Shown here piece after piece: positions 35,291-45,695 of a stretch of 64,000 nucleotides of DNA. The notes under the pieces were generated by a model, which did not search any database, was not told the DNA's origin, and was given only the letters and a program-made list of their open reading frames with translations. Source of the stretch: a virus; the IMG/VR virus record IMGVR_UViG_3300009161_000031, positions 37,004-101,003 of that record; one strand, given 5' to 3'. Made by a program: the position numbers and the translations under genes. Numbering within the stretch: the stretch's first letter is position 1; the number at the start of each line of letters is the position of its first letter.

Positions 35291-37117
35291 ATGTCAAATG
35301 AAATTACATTATCTATCCCATTCAGCAAAGTTGATATAGCTCGTCGCATTGTGACAGGTTATGCAACTGCTGATAATGTAGATCCTTCAGGGGATTTAAT
35401 TGAGTATGCCGCTTCTGCTGATGCATTCAAGAATTGGGTAGGAAATATCCGAGAAATGCATGCACCAAAGGCTGTCGGTAAAGCAATTAATTATCGCCCC
35501 GTCATGGTTCCCTACCAAGGTCGAGAGTATCGAGGATTTGAGGTTGATGCCTACATTTCCAAAGGTGCCCAAGATACTTGGGAAAAAATCCTTGACGGAA
35601 CCTTGAAGGGTTTTTCTGTCGGTGGACGTATTGTAAAATCGTCAGAAGACATGGATAAAATTAGTAATCGAACTATAAGACGAATCAATCAGTATGAGCT
35701 GAATGAACTTAGTCTTGTAGACAACATGGGCAATCCTGCCGCTGTTGTAACAATGGTTAAAAGGGCTCCTGATGGTTCCCTTACTTACGATCTTGCTAAG
35801 TATAAAGTTTTTTACTGTGACCGACATGGAGTTGCTAAAATTGATAATGCTAACTGCGATCATGGCGATGCTATGAGAGAAGTTGGAATTGTCGATGAAC
35901 TCGATATTGATGTTATAGTTAAGGTAGTCCAAATGGAAATTGATAAAGCCAGTGATGGTTTTAGTCCACCACAAGGTGCTCGTTCTGAAGCCCGTAAGGG
36001 TTTGGAGTGGCGCAAAGAATTTAATCGTGGTGGAACTGCTATAGGAGTAGCACGAGCTCGTGACTTATCTAACGGTAGGCAACTTCCTCTTGATACTATT
36101 AATAGAATGGTTAGTTACTTTGCAAGGCACGAAGTTGATAAAAAAGGTCAAGGTTGGTCGCCCGGTGAAGATGGTTTTCCATCTGCCGGGAGAATAGCTT
36201 GGGCTCTGTGGGGCGGAGACGCTGGCAGAACTTGGGCTAACTCTATTTCTAGCCGTATGAAAAAAGAAAATGAGAATGAGACAAATAAATCTTATGAGGA
36301 TTTAAATAAACATTCTATAGGAGGCAATATGGATTTGCATGAAAACGTATCAGATGATACAGTAGAGTCTGTGCAGGCATTATCCGATAACGCAAAGGTT
36401 GGTTTGATTACCAAGTTTATTACTTGGATCAACGGCGAAGCATCTAACGATGTTTCTAAATCAATTGATGCCGACGGGGTGTCCGCAGATAATTCTGTTT
36501 CATCAAATACTCAGGGAGCTTCTAACGTAAATATTTATGTTGGCCGTAACTCTGATATCGAAAAAGCAGATGATGTAACTCCTATCGTTAAAGCTGAGGC
36601 TGAAATTGCTATCGTTTCCGTAGAAATTGGAGAAGATGGTGAAGAAGAATCAGGTACAGAGGTTGCTTGTCCTGACTGTGGTTCCATGTGTGACGCTTCT
36701 GCGTCATTCTGTAGCGACTGTGGGGCATCAATGCCTGCACCTAGCGATAGTGTAACTAAGTCTGATGATTCAGATGAAATAATCACCGATGGTGAAAACA
36801 ATGGAGGTATCGAGATGGATATTGAAAAGCTCATGGAGGGCATTGGTTCCCTTCTAGATGAGAAAATCAGCAAGATGAAGGAAGAGGTAATTGAGTCAGT
36901 GGATGAGAAGCTGGCAGAAGTTACAAAGTCTGTTGATGACAAGGTTGAAGGCGTTGCCGACCGTATTGAAAAGGTCGAGGATGCTGGAGCTGTTAAGAAG
37001 TCAGTAGATGAAGAAGTTACAAGCGATGAGTCAATCATCGAGAAGAAGGCTGAGTCTTTCTGGGGCGGCATCTTCGTACCAGTGCAAATCGCAGAAGCTT
37101 TGGGCTACGAGTCCTAA
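35291..37117 (+). CDS. prohead protease-scaffold fusion with inserted domains
   Basis: HK97-like protease (VTGYA, REMH, GFSVGG, ELSLVD.. NP); acidic coiled-coil C-terminus. Confidence 0.88.
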   Translation: MSNEITLSIPFSKVDIARRIVTGYATADNVDPSGDLIEYAASADAFKNWVGNIREMHAPKAVGKAINYRPVMVPYQGREYRGFEVDAYISKGAQDTWEKILDGTLKGFSVGGRIVKSSEDMDKISNRTIRRINQYELNELSLVDNMGNPAAVVTMVKRAPDGSLTYDLAKYKVFYCDRHGVAKIDNANCDHGDAMREVGIVDELDIDVIVKVVQMEIDKASDGFSPPQGARSEARKGLEWRKEFNRGGTAIGVARARDLSNGRQLPLDTINRMVSYFARHEVDKKGQGWSPGEDGFPSAGRIAWALWGGDAGRTWANSISSRMKKENENETNKSYEDLNKHSIGGNMDLHENVSDDTVESVQALSDNAKVGLITKFITWINGEASNDVSKSIDADGVSADNSVSSNTQGASNVNIYVGRNSDIEKADDVTPIVKAEAEIAIVSVEIGEDGEEESGTEVACPDCGSMCDASASFCSDCGASMPAPSDSVTKSDDSDEIITDGENNGGIEMDIEKLMEGIGSLLDEKISKMKEEVIESVDEKLAEVTKSVDDKVEGVADRIEKVEDAGAVKKSVDEEVTSDESIIEKKAESFWGGIFVPVQIAEALGYES

Positions 37118-37133
37118 TAGGAGGTAATATAAA

Positions 37134-38171
37134 ATGAGTTCTAGAGAACTATTAGAGAAGGTTGTTTCTACTACGCAACTTGGTGCCGGTGGCGGAGGGC
37201 TTCTTAAGCCCCAGCAAGCCAATCGTTTCCTTGACTACTTGGTAGAGCAGTCAGTACTCCTTAACGATGTACGTGTTGTGCGAATGAACAACCCAACCGT
37301 AGAAATCGATAAGGTTAGTGTTGGTACACGCGTTATGCGTAAGGCCACCGAGTCGGTAGATGACGGGACGAACGTGGACCCCACGTTCTCCAAGATTTCG
37401 ATGACAACGGTCAAGCTTCGTCTTGACTGGGAGCTTTCAACTGAAGGCTTGGAAGACAACATTGAGGGCACAAGCCTTGAGGATCATGTCGCTTCGCTTA
37501 TGGCTCGCCAGACAGCAAACGACCTTGAGGACCTTGCAATTAATGGCAATACCGGCATTGTGCCCCCAGATCCACTGCTTAAGGCTCTTGACGGATACAT
37601 CGTTCGCGCTCGTGCGAATGCCACTGTTGTAGATGCGGCTGGTGCAAACCTTAACCGCTCACTCTTCGACAAGGCACTTCGTAACCTTCCGAACAAGTAC
37701 CTACAGCGCCGCAATGCACTGTCATGGTACACTTCGTCAAGTCTGCTTCAGGACTACCTTTGGTCACTATCAACTACTGGCACTGCTGGTATCATTGATG
37801 GTAACGGGGCTCCCTCGCCAGGAAGCACTCTCGGTGACATTATTGTCAATGCCGGTACGGGTGCAGGCTCTGGAGGCGGTAGCGCTGTAGTTCAGGGAAT
37901 CCGTCCGTTCGGCATTACTCTCAAGGAAGTTCCTTTGTTCCCCGAGACTGAGGCTGGATCATACTCTGGTGCCTCTGGCAACCATGGTGTGCTTGAGTTG
38001 ACATTCCCGGACAACAGGATTTGGGGTATTCAGCGTGATATCGTTGTTTATCGCGAGTTTAAGCCGAAGAAGGACACAATCGAGTACACACAGTTTATCC
38101 GTGTTGCTTCTCAGATTGAGAACGCCGAGGCTTACGTCCACGTAAAGAACATTAAGGTTCGTAGTTTCTAA
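37134..38171 (+). CDS. major capsid protein
   Basis: GGAGGT RBS, GGGLL.P.Q...F, EDNIEG, DLEDLAING; followed by terminator. Confidence 0.92.
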   Translation: MSSRELLEKVVSTTQLGAGGGGLLKPQQANRFLDYLVEQSVLLNDVRVVRMNNPTVEIDKVSVGTRVMRKATESVDDGTNVDPTFSKISMTTVKLRLDWELSTEGLEDNIEGTSLEDHVASLMARQTANDLEDLAINGNTGIVPPDPLLKALDGYIVRARANATVVDAAGANLNRSLFDKALRNLPNKYLQRRNALSWYTSSSLLQDYLWSLSTTGTAGIIDGNGAPSPGSTLGDIIVNAGTGAGSGGGSAVVQGIRPFGITLKEVPLFPETEAGSYSGASGNHGVLELTFPDNRIWGIQRDIVVYREFKPKKDTIEYTQFIRVASQIENAEAYVHVKNIKVRSF

Positions 38172-38196
38172 TTAATAGTAACTATTAGCGTAATGG

Positions 38197-38222
38197 AGAG
38201 CGGCCCTTCGGGGCCGCTTTCT
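38197..38222 (+). terminator. intrinsic terminator after capsid gene
   Basis: AGCGGCCC-TTCG-GGGCCGCT followed by TTCT. Confidence 0.85.
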
Positions 38223-38236
38223 GCTATACTGTTTAG

Positions 38237-38428
38237 ATGGAAAAAGTCTTGCTTTATATGGAGACTGGCGTTGGATATTTAACTGCTGATGGTGTGGATT
38301 TTTCACGCGATCATCCATATCAATTGGTTTACAAAGCAGAATCAGAAATTTTGCTGTCAACACAAAGATTTCGTAATGCATCTTCTGATGAATTGCGTTC
38401 TTATTATAATTATAAAGTTGCTACTTAG
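38237..38428 (+). CDS. small head-module protein
   Basis: TGC-TATACT-N6-ATG leaderless. Confidence 0.7.
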   Translation: MEKVLLYMETGVGYLTADGVDFSRDHPYQLVYKAESEILLSTQRFRNASSDELRSYYNYKVAT

Positions 38429-38485
38429 TCTAGTTTGTGAGAAACTAGGTATAGGGTAATCACCTGTCATCCTTAGGAGGAATAA

Positions 38486-39193
38486 ATGTCTGTTTTTGGA
38501 CTTAAAAAGTCAGAGCAAAATAGTCCGCATTCACTTGCAGCTGCTGGAAATCTTGGTATTCAAGTAATTCGCGCTAGCGAGGGTTCGCCGGATTTAAACG
38601 AGTTAATTAATGAATATGCTATGCCGCATTCAAGGCTTAGCCGTGAGGTACGCAACTATCGTACTATGAACTGGGAAAATATCTATCGTGGATATAAGAA
38701 AGCTAAGATGGCTTATGACAACAACATTCCCACATTTTTTGGGATGCTTTGGGGAACTGTCGTCAGAGATGGTGAGACTGTAGACCTTGGTATTATTTCT
38801 ATGCGTGTTGTTACTGACGCTGGTGTAGCGGCTATTGCTACTGGACTTAACGGAAACGCTAGCGCTGGAAACTTTAACTTCCACGGTCTTGGCATTGGAA
38901 CTGGCGCAGAGTCTGCTGCCAATACTGCTCTTGGCTCTGAGCTTACTACTGCTTATGCAGTAGATAGCACTCGTCCTGCGGGAACTAAGTCTAACCCTTC
39001 GGCCAATGTGTTTCGTACTGTTGCTACTAATACTTTAGATGGAAGCGCTGCTGTTACTGAGCATGGTATCTTTACTCAAGCGGCTATTGCTGGCGGGACT
39101 CTTTTAGACCGTTCAGTATTCTCTGCCATTAACTTAAGCAGTGGAGATTCACTTGAGACTACCTACGATTTAACGCTTAACTCTGGAGGCTAA
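38486..39193 (+). CDS. putative virion structural protein
   Basis: AGGAGG RBS; VVT.AG...HG.G.G...ALG.E...TE.GIF...GG.LLDR pattern. Confidence 0.75.
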   Translation: MSVFGLKKSEQNSPHSLAAAGNLGIQVIRASEGSPDLNELINEYAMPHSRLSREVRNYRTMNWENIYRGYKKAKMAYDNNIPTFFGMLWGTVVRDGETVDLGIISMRVVTDAGVAAIATGLNGNASAGNFNFHGLGIGTGAESAANTALGSELTTAYAVDSTRPAGTKSNPSANVFRTVATNTLDGSAAVTEHGIFTQAAIAGGTLLDRSVFSAINLSSGDSLETTYDLTLNSGG

Positions 39194-39194
39194 T

Positions 39195-39644
39195 ATGGCA
39201 AATGGTATTTATACTGCCAGTCTTTCTGGCATTTCAACAGGTACTGCATTAAAAACATTAATGGAGCTTGGAACTACTTCAACTATGAGAGCTACTATCT
39301 TAAGTTGGTGGGTAGAATTTGATGGTACTTCTGGTTCTGGAGCACCTATTAAGGTTGAATTAATTCGCGGTACTGGTGGAATTACTGGAACATCTATAAC
39401 AGCAGAAAAGTATACTGATAAGTATGATGCTGCGGTTACTGTTGCTAAGCATACATCTACCAACGAGGGCACTATTGGTGTGACTAATGCTCTAGAGTCT
39501 CACTATGTTCACCCTCAGTCTGGCATCTTAGTTCAGTATCCACTTGATCGTGAAATTCAAATTCCTGTGAGTGCTTTCTTGCGCTTGCGTGTAACCGCTG
39601 CAGCTTCGGTCAATGCTTCTGTTGGTATTGTCTGGCAGGAGTAG
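39195..39644 (+). CDS. putative virion structural protein
   Basis: GGAGG RBS, beta-rich. Confidence 0.7.
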   Translation: MANGIYTASLSGISTGTALKTLMELGTTSTMRATILSWWVEFDGTSGSGAPIKVELIRGTGGITGTSITAEKYTDKYDAAVTVAKHTSTNEGTIGVTNALESHYVHPQSGILVQYPLDREIQIPVSAFLRLRVTAAASVNASVGIVWQE

Positions 39645-39646
39645 TC

Positions 39647-40309
39647 ATGTCTTTATACTATTTTTGTGTAAGATATTTAGGCTCAGGTACTACTGAAGAC
39701 CCATTTAGAGCAGATATGCTCTATAATCAGAATCTGGATGCAATGGCGTTGTATCTTGCAAGTAATTTTGCTTGCAATAATTTTGCAGGTGCGCCTAATT
39801 ATTCTCCTATTGATTTAAATCAATTTAAGCAATTTACTCTTGTTAGTTACAATAAACATGTTGCAATTTGCAGTTTTGAAATGAATGACATATATGCTTA
39901 TACCATATTGTTATCGTACAATAACTGGCCTTTTATAAATCTTTCATGGGAACGTAGTTACAATGCGTTATTAGAACATCTTGCTCAAACTAAAACATTC
40001 TATATAGATTTTCTTCATGGCGTTGATGATACTTTTGATGAAAATAATATTCAAGATTATATTAATTCTTTATATTTTGTTGATACTATTCATCTATCTA
40101 TTATTTCATGGATGAACGATATTATGAATGGAGGTAACGCTGAACTCCCAGATATGTTGATTGATGGAAAATTCTTTAATATGAGCAACTTTGAGACTTT
40201 CTTTCATCAACTAGAGCTGGCTAGTCACGAGTCAGATTTAATCAAAGCATTAAAAGCTTTTGAAGTATTTAATATAAATACAGCATTGGATTGCACCCTT
40301 GTCCAATAA
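39647..40309 (+). CDS. hypothetical protein
   Basis: AGGAG RBS; G.GT.EDPFR N-terminal motif. Confidence 0.7.
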   Translation: MSLYYFCVRYLGSGTTEDPFRADMLYNQNLDAMALYLASNFACNNFAGAPNYSPIDLNQFKQFTLVSYNKHVAICSFEMNDIYAYTILLSYNNWPFINLSWERSYNALLEHLAQTKTFYIDFLHGVDDTFDENNIQDYINSLYFVDTIHLSIISWMNDIMNGGNAELPDMLIDGKFFNMSNFETFFHQLELASHESDLIKALKAFEVFNINTALDCTLVQ

Positions 40310-41783
40310 AACTTCTCTAGATAAAGACTTTAATATTGCTACTGCCGCTACTGCTGACTCATGGCCAAGTGCTACTGGAGTTCCTGCTGCATCTGTCTAT
40401 ACTTTTGGGTCTATAAATAAATTAACTGAGACTGCTTCACCTCTAGTTGTTGATACAGATATAGTTAAATCTTCTATGGCAGGTCTTGTTTATCTAAAAC
40501 AATCAACACCGGCATATAGGGCTACAAATGTTTTAACTACTATGCCAACTATTGCTCAAAACGTCTCTACGTTTACTGTGCCAGTGTCAGTTGCGCCTAC
40601 AGCATATAGAACAACTCTTTTATTTATTACGCAACTAGCTTCAAGCGCAGGCAATGCTGCTTTACCTACTAGCGTAACTGGGGCTGGAATGACTTGGTCA
40701 AATGTTACTACTGCAATTGTAGGAACTCGTAGGGTTTCTTTATATGCTGCAGTATCTAGCTCTCCAAGTACTGCAAGTATTGTAATAACTACTGCCGCTA
40801 GCCAAACCGTAATATCTGCTTTATGTTATTCCATAGATGGAACTAATTTTACGTCTATCTCTGCCACCACAAGCGGAGCGGCTGCTGCCAGTACAGGTTC
40901 TGTGTTGGCTTATACCTTACCCTTTAGCGCTGCTGTAGACTCATCTATTGGTGGCATCAATATTGGTTTTTTGTATAGATTTTCTGCGTTTGCATCACCT
41001 ACTATTACAAACGCAGTTACATCTCATTGGTATAACTCTACAACTCCGGGGTTTGCTGTTGGGGACGCTACCTCGGGAGCCAGCAGTGTTGGATTTACTG
41101 TAACAGCAGGTAATGCTTCTGGTGGTTTGTATGCCGTATGTCATCTAGAATCAGTAGCAACTCAGAAAGTCAATATTCCTATACAGTCTAATGGAGTTGA
41201 TGTATCTCCGATTGGAACTTCTCAATATCTACTTGTTCCTCCATACAAAGCTACTACGACTACAGATACATCTGGCTCAACATATTTTTATTTTTTTGGC
41301 TCCAAAGACGGAAACGGTAAGTTATTAAATTATTATTATCTGGTTTTTGGTTCTCACTACAATGGCAAGACCAGTGGTACCCCGAATGTTTCTACTCCTG
41401 GAGGCTCTCTTGTCAAAGTTGAGGCTGGCGTGTCTACCACTATTGCTACTGTTGGTGCTACCTCTCAGTTGGATAGAAACTACGAAGATTTTTGGAACGC
41501 TAAAGTTATAACCTCTCCAGCAGATAGTGGTCTATTTACTGTCAAGTTTATAGTTGATATTCCTGCATCTAATACTGGAGCTCCAGCTGACCAGTTTTCA
41601 TATACTTCAACTCCATTGACTAAATATGGTGACTCTAGCGGTTTTATAATGGACTCTTTGCGTAACTATCCTACCTCTATCCCTATTGCATTTAATGATA
41701 TAAAAGGTATGTCAATAAATGATATATCTGTTTCTAATTTAAAACCAGCAATGCAGGGAATTAGCAGATCGGCTAACTGGTAA
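40299..41783 (+). CDS. Ser/Thr-rich putative virion surface protein
   Basis: 494 aa, beta-rich, TTG start uncertain. Confidence 0.7.
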   Translation: MSNKTSLDKDFNIATAATADSWPSATGVPAASVYTFGSINKLTETASPLVVDTDIVKSSMAGLVYLKQSTPAYRATNVLTTMPTIAQNVSTFTVPVSVAPTAYRTTLLFITQLASSAGNAALPTSVTGAGMTWSNVTTAIVGTRRVSLYAAVSSSPSTASIVITTAASQTVISALCYSIDGTNFTSISATTSGAAAASTGSVLAYTLPFSAAVDSSIGGINIGFLYRFSAFASPTITNAVTSHWYNSTTPGFAVGDATSGASSVGFTVTAGNASGGLYAVCHLESVATQKVNIPIQSNGVDVSPIGTSQYLLVPPYKATTTTDTSGSTYFYFFGSKDGNGKLLNYYYLVFGSHYNGKTSGTPNVSTPGGSLVKVEAGVSTTIATVGATSQLDRNYEDFWNAKVITSPADSGLFTVKFIVDIPASNTGAPADQFSYTSTPLTKYGDSSGFIMDSLRNYPTSIPIAFNDIKGMSINDISVSNLKPAMQGISRSANW

Positions 41784-42976
41784 TGGCTAGGTCACGTAGA
41801 AGCACAAAAACTGTATTTAGATTAAACTCTAATCCGCATGTTTCTATAATTACAGTTTCACTATCTGGGTCTATATCCTCTGCAGGATCTTATATTAATG
41901 TTAAAACTATTAAAAAAATAATTGCAGCATATATAACATCTAATGCAGTTGTTAATAAATATATGCGTACAAAAATATATGCATATATAACTTCAAGTGC
42001 TATATTAAATAAAAAAATATCGTTTAGGCGTAATCTTGCTGGTAGCATATCTGCGTCTGGGATTGTTCGTAAATATATAAAGAAAAACATATTAGGCGCT
42101 ATTTCTTCATCGTCTAATCTGGTTAGAAAAATTTCAAAACAATTTCAATCTGCCGTATCTTCTTCGGGGAGCGAAATTGCAAGAATGTCCCGCAGGCTCA
42201 TATCTTCCATATCCCCTTCAGCGGCAATTCGCAAAAAGTCATCTAAAAATATCGCTGCCTCTATTACGTCATCTGCTGCTCTTAAGAAAGCCCCTCGTAG
42301 GGTTTTTGCTGGGAGCATATCCCCAGGATCTAGTCTTCACTTACTTAGTAGATTTGTCGCCGTGTTCATATCTCATATATCTTCTAGTGGATTGGTTTCC
42401 TCCCGGGTTACTGCGCATAGGTTAATTGCTGGAACCGTTAATTCATCTGGTACGACATTCAAGCGATTTGGAAGAAGCGTTGCTGGCGTAATATCTTCCT
42501 CGGCGCTTCTTCGCAAGACTCCGAGGAGAAGATTTATTGCTTTCCTCACATCGGGCGGTTCTGTGGTTGCAAGAAAATCAATAGTTCGAAACTTCATAGC
42601 GTCAGTATCTTCATCTGGCTTGATTCGCAAAAAAGCCTCTGCTCGTTTGGCGGGTATTGAGTCTCTAAATGGGGCTATTCGCAAGGCATCGACTAAGCGC
42701 CTACAAGGCGCTGTAACGGCCCTGGGTGCCCTTATTAAGCTCTTTTATAGTCAACCGGAACCGGTACAGGGTATTATAGAAATATTAAGCAGAGTGCCGG
42801 TTACAATGAGCATTGAGGACTCAGACACAGTTGACATAGATACTATTGATGATATTAATATAACTATGGAAATTAAGTCTATTACCAGCCCTGAAATAAC
42901 GCAGTTAGACGATTACAATATTACTATTGAGATTAATGCCTTAGTGACAGGAGATATAATTTTTTCTGGCCTTTAA
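41783..42976 (+). CDS. basic repeat protein (~18-20-aa G.ISSSG..RK repeats) with acidic C-terminus
   Basis: visible periodicity; TAATG coupling. Confidence 0.75.
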   Translation: MARSRRSTKTVFRLNSNPHVSIITVSLSGSISSAGSYINVKTIKKIIAAYITSNAVVNKYMRTKIYAYITSSAILNKKISFRRNLAGSISASGIVRKYIKKNILGAISSSSNLVRKISKQFQSAVSSSGSEIARMSRRLISSISPSAAIRKKSSKNIAASITSSAALKKAPRRVFAGSISPGSSLHLLSRFVAVFISHISSSGLVSSRVTAHRLIAGTVNSSGTTFKRFGRSVAGVISSSALLRKTPRRRFIAFLTSGGSVVARKSIVRNFIASVSSSGLIRKKASARLAGIESLNGAIRKASTKRLQGAVTALGALIKLFYSQPEPVQGIIEILSRVPVTMSIEDSDTVDIDTIDDINITMEIKSITSPEITQLDDYNITIEINALVTGDIIFSGL

Positions 42977-43001
42977 AGGTTATGAAGGGTATAATACATA
43001 T

Positions 43002-43298
43002 ATGACAACAACAACAACAGTTTATACCGGAGATACAATTAGAGTAAAAGGGACATTTAGAAATCAAGCTAATACCTTGATTGACGCAGACTCTAATGCT
43101 GTAACATTTACCATCTACAATGCTGACTCTTTAAGGCTTGTGAGTACGGGGGCTGCAACCCGACAATCTGCTGGCGTATATTATTATGACTATACTGTCC
43201 CAGTTTCGGAGATGAAATATATTGTAGAACTGAAAGGAAACTTCAGCGCATTGCCGCAACTATCACGCGCAACGCTTAAAGCGAAGTTCAGGGTCTAA
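43002..43298 (+). CDS. Ig-like small virion protein
   Basis: GDT....F......D....F.IY...GVYYYDY; leaderless. Confidence 0.7.
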   Translation: MTTTTTVYTGDTIRVKGTFRNQANTLIDADSNAVTFTIYNADSLRLVSTGAATRQSAGVYYYDYTVPVSEMKYIVELKGNFSALPQLSRATLKAKFRV

Positions 43299-43299
43299 A

Positions 43300-44187
43300 A
43301 TGGCAGTTCAGTCCTATACTAAGCAGGGCCTATCATATGTCGCTAGCCTTAGTCTGGCATCTGATGCCGACATAGTTTCAGGGGTTTATCAAGTTTTTGT
43401 ATCACTAGTTCATGACTGGACTGACGTTGTAGTAAATAACGTCGTTGCTACGAGGTCGTCAGCTGGAGAATATGTCTATCAGTTTTCAGCAGACAATATG
43501 GCCAGCTTTGGCAACCACAAAATTGTTTGGAGGTATATTAAAACATCTGTAACATATACTTCTACTTCATACATTAATGTATATGCGCAGTATGTGAGCA
43601 GTGGAGAGTTCTTTGATATCTATCCAGAGCTTGAGGCTGCCGCTGGCGATAAGTTTGACAGTACAGAGCGTAGAGTGCGTTCTGTAATAGATACTGTCTG
43701 TGGTCAAAACTTTCAATCTATAAAGAATAAAACTTTATCTTTTGAGGGTGAAGATCGAGAAACAATATATTTTGGGATTAGATGCACATCGCTCATAGAA
43801 GCAACTCAAAAGCCAGACGTTGATATTACTGGCGACTGTGAAATTACGGTGGAGTCTAAAGCCTATGTGCGCAGGATAGAGCAGTTAATTCCTATTGCTA
43901 CATCTGAAAAGATGTATCTACAGCCTCGTTTTAGCGAAAATGAATTTTATTTATTTCGAGGTAATTGGGGCTGGGATTATGTGCCTACAAACATAACTGA
44001 TGCTGCGACTCTTCTTATTTATGATTATCTAAATGACGATAATGCCTATGCTAAGCATGGTATTTCTCAAATGAAGATGGACCAATATTCTTTAACATTT
44101 GGAGCATCTGCTATGGCTGGAACGGGAAATATTGAGGTAGATGTATTGTTGATGGATTATACCCTCTATACAATGGGTATGATATGA
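43300..44187 (+). CDS. head-tail adaptor with N-terminal Ig-like domain
   Basis: ID..CGQ.F and WGW..VP..I..AA.LLI patterns; gene position. Confidence 0.75.
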   Translation: MAVQSYTKQGLSYVASLSLASDADIVSGVYQVFVSLVHDWTDVVVNNVVATRSSAGEYVYQFSADNMASFGNHKIVWRYIKTSVTYTSTSYINVYAQYVSSGEFFDIYPELEAAAGDKFDSTERRVRSVIDTVCGQNFQSIKNKTLSFEGEDRETIYFGIRCTSLIEATQKPDVDITGDCEITVESKAYVRRIEQLIPIATSEKMYLQPRFSENEFYLFRGNWGWDYVPTNITDAATLLIYDYLNDDNAYAKHGISQMKMDQYSLTFGASAMAGTGNIEVDVLLMDYTLYTMGMI

Positions 44188-44558
44188 GTAATCCATATCT
44201 GCGATTAATTAATCGTGCAGACATTTACAGCAAAGCAACCGCAGTATCTGCTGCTGGTCAGAAGGTAGCAACTTGGGCTATTTCTTCTTCAGCAGTTTCT
44301 TGTGCGTATATTCCCAAATTTAGCAAACAAGTTAATATTGCAATTAATGCAAATTATGCATATGATCAAGTCATTCATTTCTTTTTTGGACCAGACGCAG
44401 CCATAGATTTTACTAAAAGAATATACAATGTAACAGACGCTACTGGCCAAGTTATTGAGGCGGGTCCTGTAGAAATCACAGCAGTATTGTCTATTCCCGG
44501 ATATAGCGGAAAACTTCATCACTATGAAGTTTCGGGATATAAAGTGATGGATCAATAA
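44184..44558 (+). CDS. head-closure/stopper protein
   Basis: size, position, HHYEV C-terminus. Confidence 0.7.
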   Translation: MSNPYLRLINRADIYSKATAVSAAGQKVATWAISSSAVSCAYIPKFSKQVNIAINANYAYDQVIHFFFGPDAAIDFTKRIYNVTDATGQVIEAGPVEITAVLSIPGYSGKLHHYEVSGYKVMDQ

Positions 44559-44559
44559 T

Positions 44560-45243
44560 ATGGTAATGACAATCAATTTTGAGTATAGAGCTGAGATTAA
44601 AAATATGGCGCGTCAAGTAAACATGGCTGACAAGAATATTAGAGCAGCTATGATAGCAGCGCGCAACAAAGCTGTGCAAGACATTACAGAGTTTTTAGAT
44701 AGTGAAAGCACTTGGAGTTATCCAGGAGAGCATATGGCTGGTAAGACGGGAAGAGAACGCGGCTCTCAAGTAAGTGACATTAGAGGGTCTGGTCACTTCA
44801 AGTTTTTTAAGCCAACTCAGGTTTTGGGGTCATCTCCTATTTTTGGTCTGCAATTATATGCCAATCCTGAAGATCCTCAGCCTGTCGGGGAAGTCTTGCT
44901 TTCGGGCAGCGCACCTCATCATATTCTCTCCGGGAACATTGAGGGTTCGGCTCTTGTTTTTCCAAGGTATGAGGGTGTATACTCATCCGTAGTTCATCCG
45001 GGAACTCCTTCATATGGTAGTTGGATATCTCAAAACATGGAGGCGATATTTTACAACGCCGTTATAAGTACTGAGGCAGAGCTTGGTGCTCTTGGAGATG
45101 CGCTATTTGTGGACGGCGCTATTGCAGGGCTATTTCTATCTAGATATAAAAAGAATAACGCTGAGTTTTCTGGTAGTGACACGCTTACAGACAGTGAAGA
45201 TCATCGCAACACTGGCCTTGAAGTGAAGGGTGAATATATATAA
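44560..45243 (+). CDS. neck protein (HK97 gp10-like position)
   Basis: G..PH.I...L.F....V.HPGT pattern; synteny. Confidence 0.65.
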   Translation: MVMTINFEYRAEIKNMARQVNMADKNIRAAMIAARNKAVQDITEFLDSESTWSYPGEHMAGKTGRERGSQVSDIRGSGHFKFFKPTQVLGSSPIFGLQLYANPEDPQPVGEVLLSGSAPHHILSGNIEGSALVFPRYEGVYSSVVHPGTPSYGSWISQNMEAIFYNAVISTEAELGALGDALFVDGAIAGLFLSRYKKNNAEFSGSDTLTDSEDHRNTGLEVKGEYI

Positions 45244-45656
45244 TGATGATATATAGCATTAATCAATATCTTCAAAGCGATGCAACCTTGCTGGCCTTAG
45301 CCGGTAAAGCTTCTATAGCCATCAGCCCTATGATTGGTTATGATGAAGATCCTGCTCCAATAATCATATATCAGTATTCTCCCGATATTAAAAGTGAAGA
45401 TATGTATTATATGAATCATGACAGTGTATGGTTTACCATATTAGATACCGACATTGCCCGTGGCTTTGCTATTCGAAATAGAATAATTTCTTTATTGAAT
45501 CATGGAGATAACATACAAAGCAAGCTAATTGCGGATACGTATGGTAGACTATTATATATGAACCTATACAGGTCTGCCGATAGGCGGCCTGTAAATCCAG
45601 AGGGTTACTATGAGATTTCTTCTTTATTTGAGTTTTGCTGGATTCCAGCAAATTAA
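45243..45656 (+). CDS. tail terminator protein
   Basis: I.QYL..D..L..L, P.IIY; synteny. Confidence 0.7.
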   Translation: MMIYSINQYLQSDATLLALAGKASIAISPMIGYDEDPAPIIIYQYSPDIKSEDMYYMNHDSVWFTILDTDIARGFAIRNRIISLLNHGDNIQSKLIADTYGRLLYMNLYRSADRRPVNPEGYYEISSLFEFCWIPAN

Positions 45657-45695
45657 TATTGCTTAATAACCAAGAATCTATTATTATGGAGTGGT

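Noticed and set aside
36535-37071. Long minus-strand ORF opposite the scaffold region, and similar antisense ORFs in the structural module
   Set aside because: Ser-rich antisense shadows of biased codon usage in well-supported + strand genes.
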